The translations under genes were made by a program, and so were the position numbers. Shown here in pieces: positions 1 through 11,200 of a stretch of 32,081 nt of DNA (the stretch's first letter is position 1; each line of letters starts with the position of its first letter). A model generated the notes under the pieces. The model saw nothing but the letters and a program-made list of their open reading frames with translations. It had not been told where the DNA came from and searched no databases. Source of the DNA: Peribolospora baueri (Eukaryota); assembly GCA_029717555.1 (NCBI GenBank), contig JAMDHS010000077.1, positions 62,001 through 94,081 on the forward strand, given 5' to 3'.

Positions 1-265
1 ACCTGGTCGTAGGGAGGAGAGGTCAGTTGCCAGGCCGCACGCAAGCCTCTCAGAAACTTACGCCGAGAAAAAGCTCGAAGCTATCCTATGAAACGGCATC
101 TCGGGCTTTTTCTCGTTCTACTTTTTCTAATGCTCACCGCTGATAAGCTGCCTTATAGTCAGCCTCTCTCCGAGCCCTCGCCTCGTCAAGTGAGTTCTGG
201 CTCACGAAGCGAGAGCCCACCGACCCGGCTTTTGCGGCAAGCGCACGCGCCGAAGGTAGGTCCAT
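1..265 (-). CDS. FAM192A/Fyv6 (NIP30/PSME3-interacting protein)-like gene, first exon (138-265); continues beyond window start
   Basis: ATG at 265 gives MDLPSARALAAKAGSVGSRFVSQNSLDEARARREADYKAAYQR, matching the family N-terminal SRFVS..L.EAR..R...(W/Y)KAAY.R pattern. GTGAGC donor at 137; branch-like CTGAC and CAG acceptor near position 3-5. Confidence 0.7.
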
Positions 266-1194
266 TTCGGAACTCAAATTCTGTCTGGAGGTTTATGAAC
301 CGCTTTGCAACGGCAACTGGTGCGTCGAAGGTTGGTTGAAAGGTAAGGAAGGGAGTGGAATGCTTGAGGCCGGGGCTTCGCTCAGATCAACTGGGAGCGG
401 ACAAGGGCGGAGCAAAGCGGTCTGGGCTGCGGTAGGCCGCGTTTTCATGGCCTTTACGTACGCTCAGACGGATCTCGCACTGCGTTTGTGCGTCGGCATC
501 GATTGCCTTTGTCGGCCCTCTCTTTTCAAATGAGACAATGTTCGAGTACTGATGAGGCTAGCGTACAAGTGTCAGTTAGGAAAATACTGTATCACTAAGA
601 TTGTGCCTACGTATTTGGCGTGCGAGCAAGCGATGCGGTGGAATGGAGATGCGAGGGTGACAGGGGCCTGTCAGTAGAGCCTGAACGTGAAAGGAAGACG
701 CCAAAGGGATGTGCACAAATTCGAAAAGGATGGAAAGACGAGAAGCCGTGCTAACTAGCGCTTAAAGTCAAAAGGGAATCCACGCAAGACTGATTAAGCA
801 ATCCACCGTCAGAAATTTCTGTCAAGCGGTGCCCGTCCGCTCGCCACAATTGAAAGGCGAAAAGGACAGCTCGCAAAGAGTCTCGGCCCCGATGGTGGTA
901 GGTGAAGGGTTATGCAGTGGCTCCGATTCGGTTGGAGCCAACGGAACGTCCAGGGGATGTCGGGAATGGATCGCCATGGACGAGGTGGTACCGAATGTAG
1001 ACTCAACTGAAGGGCGGGGCAAGTCGATAGCAGGCTGTAAGTGACGGCCGAGCAGGATCGTCCGGCTGCGGCGCAGAGTTCTTCGGAATAGGCGACACGT
1101 TACGAGTGTCGCCAAGAAAACGAGATGACAGAGAATCTTGGACGCCGCCTTTGCGATCCTCAGACGGGTCACCGGGAACTCCTTCAAAGAAGGC

Positions 1195-2992
1195 TCAGTT
1201 GCCGGACTTGCCGATGCGCTGGATTTCGGTGAGGAGCATCATTTCCGCCGCTGTGAGCTGCATCCGCGCCTCCTCGTAACGCGCGAGGACGTCCAGAAAT
1301 GATGAGGAGAGTTCGTCTTTGTCTTTCGGTGCTGGTGACGAGCCTTTGCAGAAGGAAGGAGATGGTTGGATTGCTGCGTCGCGAAGAGTTGGCGTGTTGC
1401 CTGTGCTCTCGACAGAGTTCCCGTCCATTGCACTAGCAACGGCCGTGAAGATGACCGTCGGCAGCGAGGAAGGAGCGGAGGAAAAGGCGGAAGGGCGTAA
1501 ACGCTTCGACGCCGGAGTACTGTCCTTAGAACCTCCGTACAAGTCCAGAACTCCCAGGTCGTCGAGGGGAGAAGGATGAGGTGAATTGTTGGAGAAATAT
1601 CCCGAAGGCTGACAGTAGGCAATAGGCTCGGGGCTCTCGACGGAGCTAAACAGATGTGACGTGTCGGGCGGCGTTACGGGGCCGTTTAATTCTTCGCCAG
1701 AGCTGGGGAGAGATTCGAAACTGGGTGCGCGAGAATTCGCCGGGGAGGAAGTCAAAGAGGGGAAATTGGCAAAAGAGCGCGCAGACAATGACGCATAGGC
1801 AGATGTATCCAATTCGTTAGACCACGTTGACGGGGATGATAGCCGAGGTCGACCATCTAGTGGCCAGCGCGGTTGGTGCTGGAAGCCTAGCATTGCGTCT
1901 CTTCGAGCCTTTTTCTCCACCGGATTCGTCCAGGTTCTACTTGAGCTGTCCATTTCCCTTCCTCTCTTCCGACTGCGCATCGTAAAGCCCTGGGACAATC
2001 GTAGAATGTCCTCTGTCGGCGAAGAGAAAGGCGCGTCGTCCTTTTCTTCGCCCGTGGCTGGTAACCAGTCATTTTTACGCCGGGGGCCCAACACTGCATC
2101 CCATCGAACTCTCTTCCCCGCTGTGCTCGGCCAGGTCACATGTGCATTTTCGCCGTCCCTTCTCCTCTTCGTGTCCGGAGTCATCCAAGACATGCAGGTT
2201 GCTGGCGACCTTGGAGTGTCTCCGCTCGGCGAGGAGGGCGGCGTGTCATTGTCATCGTCGCATTCGGAGATCTGAGCCTTGACATTCTCCCTCCTCTGTC
2301 GTCGCCGAGCAAACTGGAGAGAAATGAGAGGGAATGGAATGACCCGCGTTCAGTCCGCGTTCAAGCGAAGGTCTAAGAAAAACACGACTCACCCATTGCT
2401 CGAGTTTCTCTACCGTTAGACCAGTGTGTTCGGATAAAAGATCCTCCTCGGCCCGTGTGAGCTCGTCTAGCTGGTCGAAAATGTCCTCGAGAAGGGAGAT
2501 CAGGGGAGGCAAGTTGCCATCCGGGCCAAAACAGTCATAGGGCGCCTTGTCGAAACCACAAGACAGATGAGTATCGATGATTGCCAGGCATCCTATCTGG
2601 AGCTCCTTGTACGCGGCCGCATAACGCGTTTCGACCAGTCGATGGTCGCCGTGTCGAGACAAAGTCCTATTAGGGTGCGATAGCTTGGGGAGGCACGCAA
2701 TGAGGCTGTCAAATCGGAGCTGAGCTCGCTCTCGTAACTCTTGAGCTGAACGACTGAATGCACGAAGAACTTCTCGCAACAAAACCGGGTTCAAATCCCT
2801 AGCTGTTAGCAAACGCTCAAATCCATTGTCGCCGTCACTTTGGCCGGGTAGGTTCAGAGCAGGTCTTGCGAAGGTCGACGTAGAGGGGAGGAGAATATCA
2901 TCCCTAGGAAGTCGTAAATTTTCGACAAGCGAGGAGGAAGTCTCTACGATGGAACGAAGAAGAAGATGGCGTGAAGAGAATGCTGGAACCAT
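1195..2992 (-). CDS. HD2: HD2-class homeodomain mating-type transcription factor (atypical helix 3), about 572 aa; exons 2992-2393 and 2313-1195
   Basis: ORF 2252..2992 ends LISLLEDIFDQLDELTRAEEDLLSEHTGLTVEKLEQW, then GTGAGT (2392). A CAG acceptor at 2316-2314 resumes FARRRQRREN in frame with ORF 1195..2193. This gives homeodomain helices 1-3 with the W|F intron typical of basidiomycete HD2 genes, a helical N-terminal region and an S/P-rich C-terminus. It is divergent from an HD1-like relic. Confidence 0.8.
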
Positions 2993-3306
2993 GTCGTTCA
3001 GTGTAGGGGAGGAGATGGAGGTTGGTTTCAGGTGATGGCGACGTTCCGTCCATTCTTATACGCGCCTCTGAACCAATTGCTGCTCTAGGCGCGCGACGAC
3101 CGCTATTGTTGCCACGTGGTTTTATTGTCCTACTCCACAGCTGCAGACCTGGACAGCATGTACAAAGGCTGTCGTCGAGATTGTGTTGGAATAAGCGATC
3201 GGTCTCAAAGTACTTAATAAAAGGAGTGCATGAACGAGCGCCCGTTCTCAACATCCTCTTTATCTCCCTGCTCTACCTTACTCCCGAGTTCACCTCCGCG
3301 TTTTAC

Positions 3307-4344
3307 ATGCTCGGCAACAATGACATTCATGAACTTCTCCTTTCGGTGGAGGCTCAATTCTCAATTCTCTGACTGATACAGATCTTGTGAACTTCCTTGA
3401 ACGCTTGTCGGAGCTGAGCTCGTTGGTGGTGGCAGCCTTCAGCGCGGCACCCTCGAGACCGATACCGTTCAGCTGGCTGGCCATGTGGCTTCGCGGATTC
3501 GTACCGTCGACGAAGAAGGGGTTGGACCGACTTCCAGCGCGAGTACGCCCCCGACGCGAGCAAGAAGGAGGACCGCACGCAGAAGAAGAGGAAACTCCCC
3601 GCCGACGACGACGAGCACGAAGGCGACGAAAAGCAGCCCTTTTTGAATGGTCTGACGACGACCACTTGTAGTAGCAAGTGCGGCCGACTTGCGGTCGAGG
3701 CGTCTTCTGTGGCGACGAGCTCGACGCCTACGTCTACGCCCATCGTGACGACGACATCTCTCCGTTCGGACTCGTCTGCCGTGTCCGTTTTCACCTCGCC
3801 CAGCAGCCTCACGGAGCCGGACACGATGCTCACCAGGTTCTCGTCACTCTCGCCGGCCGCCGCCATCAATCCCGTCGACCTGGCCACGCAAAAGGCTTCC
3901 GATACAGGAACTCCCTCCCTGATCTCGCTTTTGATCCCCAACGGCATATCTTGTGCAACTCTGGCATCTGACGCCGACACTACTCAGTCCTTGGCCACAT
4001 CTCACAATGGAAATGCCTTCCAACAAGCGTATCACTTCATCGGCGACACCAACGTGGATAGGTTTGACGTCTCCAACATTACGAGTCTCACTCCGCTCTT
4101 CTGGATACCCTTTCCAGGCTGCCGCCATCCCCTTGTGACCTCGCCTCATCCATGCGTGGCTAGTCGGGTTTCCATAGTCCTCTTTCCGGTCAACGTTAGC
4201 GATCTCAGTTGGACGTCATGTCGTCGTTTTGAAATTCTGCTCTGCGTCCGGTACGCCCCTGTCTTTGTCGACTCATCCTTTGTATACCATACATACCGCT
4301 GTCTCCGTCCCTGCCGATGTCTCGATCGTGCCCTCTCATTGTGA
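3307..4344 (+). pseudogene. HD1: HD1-class mating-type homeodomain gene remnant (frameshifted N-terminal domain, homeodomain deleted)
   Basis: Joining frames gives MLGNNDIHELLLSVEAQF / NSLTDTDLVNFLERLSELSSLVVAAFS / GTLETDTVQLAGHVASRIRTV, resembling the HD1 N-terminal (Mating_N-type) domain. It is followed directly by RRRRGWTDFQREY (HD1 post-helix-3 RRR.GW motif), a KKRK NLS-like motif and an S/T-rich tail open to 4344. Head-to-head with HD2, 314 bp between start codons. Confidence 0.72.
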
Positions 4345-4994
4345 CCTGTGTGATCCACAAGCATGCGCCGTTTCGCTTTGTCTCTCCCGACCACGCCTCT
4401 TTTTCAATGGGCAGTGCACATGAGCCCTTTGTCTGCCTCGATGAGGCTCCTGCAGATGGCTCATAATTTTGGACACCCTACCACGTCATGCTGTCCATTC
4501 CCGACCTTTTTGACAATGGCCTGCCTATGTATGACCCGAAAGGTGGACATCACCGTTGAAGCAAGGAAGGATCCAGTTCGCACGGTAAAATTGAGCCGAC
4601 TGTGAGTACGTCTCCCTCCAATCCACCCCGCTCACTCCACTCTCTACTGCACAGGTATCCGTATTCACTATCTCCTGCGTAGGAAGTGTTCACACGGCTG
4701 TCGGGATAACTAGACCCGTTACTTGGCAAAGTTCGACGGTGATGCATGCACCAGAGAACCAACCATGCCAGATGAAAGATATTTTACACCCTACATTGAC
4801 GGGAGGACTAAGACGTCCATTTTCCCTCTTTTTGGCCCTTCCCTCTCCCCAGACCAGAGGGACTCCACAGACTGGCTGACCCATGACCCGAAACAGTGCG
4901 GTGCCAATCTTCGACCTGAACGCCTGAAGGAATAGACAAGCAAGCCCCCACAGCCCCACGCCTACAGCCGCTTCGCTCACGTAGATTTAGGTGG

Positions 4995-6417
4995 CTAGGC
5001 CTGACGGACGAGCGGACTCACAGGACTGGGAGGAAACGTCCTCATCCTCCCATCCGACTCTTCCGCCTTGCCGCGCACCTCCCTTCTCGTTTCTCGCGCC
5101 CGCTCTTCTCCTCCACCGCCGCCGCCGTTCGCGGGAGAGAGCGGCGTGGGCAGGGAGTCGCCGTTCCCCAACTTCTGTGACAGCGACTGCAACCGTGCCT
5201 GGGTCGGCGCCGGCGTCGGCGAGCTGAACACATCGTCCGCGATCGGACCTCCTCCTCCTACGCGCGACGGGGGAAAGTGGGGCTCACGTCGGGGTCGCTT
5301 GAATTCAGGAGCGAAGACGGGATGGGAGGACGAGTCGTGAGGCCTCTTCCCACTCGCCCCCGACGATAGCGGCGGGACCACCGATGAAGCACCAGGACCG
5401 GCAACGGAGGAGGGATGGCGCGACCAGAAGTCTGCGTAGCTCGTCGTCCCGTTGTTGTGCAACGCGGTAGCGGTGGCGGTGGCCGTAGAAGTGGCGGCGG
5501 CGACAGATGAACTGGATGGGACATTGGAATGGCGGTATGTCAAGCTCGCTTCGATGTTTGCGCGATCCGCTGAGCTGTGCTGCGAGATGGAAGAAGACAC
5601 AAGACCGATTCCGCCGCCGAGAGGCGAAAGCGTCCGAGCGGCTTGCTCAGCAACGTCGTACGCGCTCGCACCCGCAACCGCAAACGAAACGGTCCCTCTC
5701 CTCCTTCCATGCGCCTGAAAAGCCGCCGTGCCCTTATCCTTGTCCGCTCTTCTCTCGCCCACGCCCTCGACGATCTCTGCGGGTGGCGCCAGAGCCGGAG
5801 GAGACGGTCGATTGGACGTCGAACCGGGTGGATGGAGAGGTCGAGCGGGCGAGCGGTAGTGATGGTAGTACAAGTTCTCCACCTCTGGCAGGGATTGATG
5901 AACCTGAGAAGCGGGCGGGTTCAGATGCGAAGACGCATGAGGACAGAGGAGATGATTGTGAGCCAAACAAGGAAGCAGACGCCGACATCGGTAGCGAGAA
6001 AGATAGAATGGACACCAAATGACGTCTTGGCCAACTTACCCATCCATGATCCACCTTGAGCATCGCGTACTGAAGCCGGACCTTCAAGTGCTCTGCGAAC
6101 TGCCGACGCAAACAGACCCGCTCGTCCGCCCGTCAGCCCCAGCCCCAGCCCCCGGACCCGCACCACACCCGAAACACACGCACCTCGTTCATCCTCGCCC
6201 GCTCCTGCTGCTGCTTCTTCTTCATGCTCCCTGGTGTCGTCAATGGCGCCGCTACCGTGGCCGTCGCCCATGTATGAACGTCGTCGGCCGTCTGCTGGCT
6301 CTCTGGCCCTGACCTCGGATGTCGATCATGGCCCGTCGACGGGAGATGCGGCTGCGACACGGAGGGCGACGAAGTGGGTTGGAAGGGTGGCACGGGCGAG
6401 CGAAGGGTGGCTTCCAT
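4995..6417 (-). CDS. Whi5/Nrm1-like G1/S transcriptional repressor; exons 6417-6184, 6099-6040, 5903-4995
   Basis: Spliced translation ...ERARMNE|FAEHLKVRLQYAMLKVDHGW|VHQSLPEVENLYYHH contains the Whi5-like GTB motif (L..RL..A..KV..GW....L.EVE). The rest is low-complexity with many SP/TP sites. Canonical GT-AG introns at 6183-6100 and 6039-5904. Confidence 0.8.
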
Positions 6418-6763
6418 GGCGATATCCTGAAGAGGCTGACGAACCGAACCGACGAGGCGGGGAGTGGGGCGCACAACAAACAAGAGACGTCTCGGTGGCC
6501 TGACCAGTCCGACGTTCGTCTATCTACGTGCATACATAAGCCCGTCCCATCTGATCCCGCCACGCGAACGCGGGCAACGCGAAAAGCAAGAGGTCACGTG
6601 CGAGGAGAAGGGGCTTCTCGGAAGGCCACCTCGAGGGCGCGACAGAGGTAGAAATAGAGATGAATGGAGGGATGGAGGCCTTCCGGCTTCGCCCTTCCAA
6701 CCCGTTGTCGACGTGGAATGGACATTTGATTGCACTCTAGATGGTAGCGACGAGAGAAGCGAT

Positions 6764-7752
6764 CTACGCTGAAGGCACTCGCTCCTCCAGCTCTCCACCC
6801 TCTACCACGCCGAACCACCACCTGGTCATCTCAAACTCCTCCCGCTCCTCCTCGTCAGCACCCTCTCCCTCCGGCCTCTCCCCCCGCCTCAGCATTGGCC
6901 TCCAATCGATGCGACCAGCGAACGGCGTGCGAGAGAAGACCAAGGGGTACCACAGGCGGTCGTCCGGCCACATCTGCTGGAAGGGCACTTCGGAGAAACC
7001 GTACCAGCGTGGGGCCATCTCTTCTGTTCTGTAAGACGGCGACGAGCGAGTGGAGCAGATGCGGAGAAGGAAGGCGAGGGACAGCGTGAGTAAAGAGAAG
7101 TAAGGGAGCGAAAAAAGTGAGGATGAGCAACGGAGCAGCGAACCAGCGACCGATGCCCGACAGACGCTCACTCGGCTTCGACGCCCTCCCACCGGCTCGC
7201 CACGAACACCCTCACATCGTGTGCCCGACCGTGGTCCCCCTTCTCCTGTCCGACGTGAACCACCCGGCCGATATATCTCAGCTCTTCCGCCTGCACTCGC
7301 ACGCTCGCCTCCTCCAACAACTCCCGCACCGCCGCCTCTCGAGCCGACTTGTCCGATGGCTCCACCTTGCCGCCAAAGCCGTTCCAGAGGCCTGCGCCGA
7401 AGCCGCGCTTCTTCAAGCCGAGGAGAATCTGTGAACCGTGAACAGTCCACCGTTCATAGAGAACGCGAGAGAGGGAAGAGACATTCGGCGAGCCGACAAG
7501 CGAGTGAGCGTGAGCAGATCCTCGGGCAGTTACGGTCAGCTAACTCGGTCGTTCCTTCTAAAAGACATGGAAGGGAAACGCGGGACTTGCCTTCTCTCTC
7601 TCAGCGTCGATCAGGAAGACGAGCGTGAACACCTTGTATCGCTCTACCGCCAGCCACGCACCATCCTCGTCTCCCTCCATCCCCTCGCAGGAACGAGCGT
7701 GCTCTCGGACGAAGCGGTGGCCTTGGAACGGCGGTGGGGAGCGGGCGGTCAT
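6764..7752 (-). CDS. Nudix hydrolase, MTH1/NUDT1-like oxidised purine nucleoside triphosphatase; exons 7752-7591, 7428-7172, 7028-6764
   Basis: KVFTLVFLIDAEREK|ILLGLKKRGFGAGLWNGFGGKVEP..AREAAVRELLEEA (Nudix box) ...E|TEEMAPRWY..EVPFQQMWPDDRLWYP, all hallmark MTH1 motifs. Confidence 0.9.
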
Positions 7753-8208
7753 CGTCCAAACAAGTTAGATGGTGAGCGTGATGATGGTGGTGCAAGTTCA
7801 CGACGAGGGGATCTTCTTACGGAGTAGCTCCCCCAACCCCCCTTTGGCCCGGTTGGCCCGGTCTTCTTAAGCCGACTACGAATGGCATCGCACGGCACAG
7901 CAACCTACGGGCATAGCCATAAGGCTCAACACTGTAGGATGGCTCCAGACGACTACATGACTCGCTATCCGGTGAGAGCTCTTCTCTTCCAATGACGAAC
8001 GGACGACAGAGCGAGCGAGGAGGAAAGGGGCAAATATAGGAATAGAAATAGACAAAAAAATGTAACGAACGTATGCGGCGCGATGAGGACGAGAAAGGAC
8101 AAAAGGCAAGTTGAAATACATTGATGGCAGTTCGCGAGGTTCGAACATGGTCCCTGTCCCCTATCTCTTCTTTCTTTCTCTGCCCCGTTCGACCTTGGCT
8201 GGCCCTCC

Positions 8209-11200
8209 TCAGACAGTATCCGCTTCTGCGTGGTATCCGGCCTGGGATGCGGAAACAGAGGATGCCGGAGGACAAGACATGGCGAAATGAGTCGAGTCCC
8301 ACAGGAGAACGGAGTCTGAAGCGCGCAGAACAAGAACGGAGACTCACCCTCCGCATCTCTCCGAGCAGACGACGAGCCTCCGTGAGGTTCTTTTCCAGCG
8401 TGAGGATCTTGACGCTCTGCTCCACTGGTAAGACGAAGATGGGAAGGAGGCACCGCGAGGCCACCAGCAAGCAACCGTCAGCGTCGCGTCGCATTGCACG
8501 TCACCGCCTCATTCTGCGTGCTCGTGCGTGAAATCGAAAAATCTCCAACTCACTCTCTCGAACCTTGAACTCGTGTTGGGGCATATCCGCAAAATCCACG
8601 CTCTCTGCCTGCACCTGTTTGGCGGTGATCGCCTTGACCTGCTTGACGAGCGCTTTGCAAGCGTCTGTAACAGCCTTGGCGGCGATCTCCAGCCTCTCCT
8701 GCGTCTTGCTCATGAAGCTCGCCTTGACGCGTGACGCCGCCACCACCTGCGCAGTCGCCGCGGCCACCTCGTTCGACGCGACAATCAGCTGCTCCAGCGA
8801 ATGCGTGCCAGAGATGACCCCGTCGGCGGTCTCGATCAGAAGGCTGGTGGCGAACGCGACGGCCTTGGCGGCAGAAATAAGACCCTCCGTCCAGCGGTTG
8901 TTGCGCTTGTAGAACTGCTGACTCGAACTCGATCCCTTGCCCTGCGCGACAATCTCCTCCTGCGAATCGGTCGCCGCTTTCATCAGGCCGCCGATGGCCC
9001 GCGTGATTGCGAGCGCCGCCTCGAGGATCGCGTCGTGCACCTGCAGGTCCACGGCCGAGTACTTAGACGAATCTCTCGGACGGACCATCAGAGCCTCGAG
9101 TTTGGCCGTGGCCGCTTCGATGGCCCGAGCGGCGTTGGACATTTCGCGCTCGACGAGATCGCCGATGTCACCGTTCGCGTTAGCGAGCGCGCTGCCGCTC
9201 TTGACCAAGCCTTCGACGACCGTAGTAAGGTTCGCGAGGGCCGTGCTGCTCTCCATGTTTTGGCGCAGGACGAAGTCCTTGCGCCCGGCAGGGGCGATAC
9301 CCTCTAGACGGTACGACTGGAGGTTTACAAAGAAGCGAAGGAGCACGTCGCCAGTTGTCTTTCCGGCCTTGATGATCTTGTCGGACGCGTCGTCGTTGTT
9401 GGCGAGACGAGTGATACCCTTCGTGTTGACGAGCACGTCGGCGATCGTCTGAGCGAGGTCGGTGGCCCGCTTGATAACCTCGACGTCTTCGCCGCCCTTT
9501 TCTTGGGAGAGGTATAGGTTGAAGACCATAGCAAACTCGTTGAGTGAACTGGTGGCTTTCTCCACGATGGAGAGGGTATACTCGGGAGTCGCGTTCTGGT
9601 TGCCGTCCGACATTGGCGACTCGAGCTCGTAGATTGCATCGTCGATCTTCTGCACGCAGCTTTGCAGGATAGAGTCTGAAAGAGGAAAGACAGGAAGTAT
9701 AAGAAAGATGCAGGACTTTGAGGAAGAAACCATCTGCCAAATCACCGATGATCGCATTGAGCTTCTTGTGTTGGTCGAGGATGAGTGTGTCGATCTGGGC
9801 GTTGACGGCTGAATCCTGCTCCCCTTGGTTCTAGAGAGGACACGAGTAGCAGGTGAAAGGATATAGTAACATGGTTGCGTCAGGTCAAATTCCAGCAAAA
9901 GCGAAGTGCGCAGGAGCAGGTCGCACTCCAACTCACCAACTGGAGGTCGCTCAACTCCTTGATAGTGCTATCCATGCCCTCCTGCATGATCTGCAGCTCC
10001 TGGTCCTTCTCTTCGCGAATCCTCGCGAGCTCGGCATCCTTGGCATCAAGCTTACTCAGCAGCTCGTCCACGTGGTTGCGCTTGCTCTACAGGCCAAGAG
10101 GTTACAAAGGGCCGGTAAGGTTAGTTTCTGGAATCGCCCCGGCAGCTCTCATTGGCACGGGCCAAAATGCTCACCCTCAGCGACTCCTCAAGCTCCTGGA
10201 TCTGGCGGTTGAGAGTGCCCATCATGGCCGACACCTCGCTGCTCTTGTTCCGCGTCGCGTCTTCGGCGCGCTCGTTGGCGAACATGAGGTCGCGCCGGAG
10301 CCTGTCGGTCTCCTCTTTGTGGCTCTACCAACGGAGAATGGCGCCGTCGACAATCCGACATGAGCATGCCGTGAACTAATTGAGAAAAGGGCTTGGGGAG
10401 AATTCGACTCACCGCCTTCATACGGTCAAGATCAAACCTGGCACGGTCCCTCTCGCGAAGCATGTCAGCAAGCTCAAGATTCTTCGCCTTGACGTCCCTC
10501 TCCATCCTCTCCATCTTGTCCACTGCCTCCTGCGCGCTGTTGGCTTTGATCTGCATCGCCTTATACCGATTGAGCATATCGAGGTGCTCAGTGCGCAGCT
10601 GCGAGTAAAGTTTGGCGAGCGCCTCATACTTGTTCCGCCACAGAGTCACCTGATCCTGGAGCTGCTTGATCAAGTCGTCCTTGCCTTGATTCTGGGCGGC
10701 GACGTTCTGCGAGAGCATGGCGATCTCGCCTTCCAGGCCTTTGACACGCTGGAGATGGGCAAAGGGCAAACAAAACAGGGCCCAGCCGTGAAAAAATGGA
10801 ACGTACCGCCTGGCGAAGCATGTCGCAGCCTTGACTCACTCTGTCATACTGCTCCAACATGAGTTGATCGCGCTCGTACTGTCCCCTCATAGCCAACATC
10901 TCCCTCTCCAATTCGGCAACCCTCCCACCGGCGAGCTGCGCCATCTGATCGCGCATGAGTTGCTCCTGAGCGAGACGTTGCTGCTCGGCCTGGAGCCTCT
11001 GCTGCTCCTCGAACTCGGCCTGCTGCTGCGCCGCCAACTGGGCCTGCCTCTGCGCCTCCGCTTCGTGCTGCGCCCGGAGCGCTGCCTGCTGCTCCTCGTA
11101 CTCCTTGAGCATGCGCGCTTGTTCGTCGATCTGGGCTTGGGAGGGCGACGGGGCGGCAGGAGGGGGTGTGGGAGACTTTGGAGGCGTGGTAGCTCTCCTT

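Noticed and set aside
809..1194. Short ORFs downstream of HD2, and an in-frame continuation of about 55 codons past the HD2 stop
   Set aside because: No recognisable motif. The possible GC-AG intron around the stop would be only about 30 nt. Cannot be distinguished from chance 3' UTR sequence.
3290..3980. Minus-strand ORFs (208 aa and 64 aa), the shorter considered as a pheromone precursor
   Set aside because: No CAAX ending or known motif; better explained as antisense shadows of the HD1 relic.
7817..8494. 225-aa ORF overlapping the SLA2 3' end
   Set aside because: Only a short internal part is a true SLA2 exon; the rest is intron and 3' UTR read-through.
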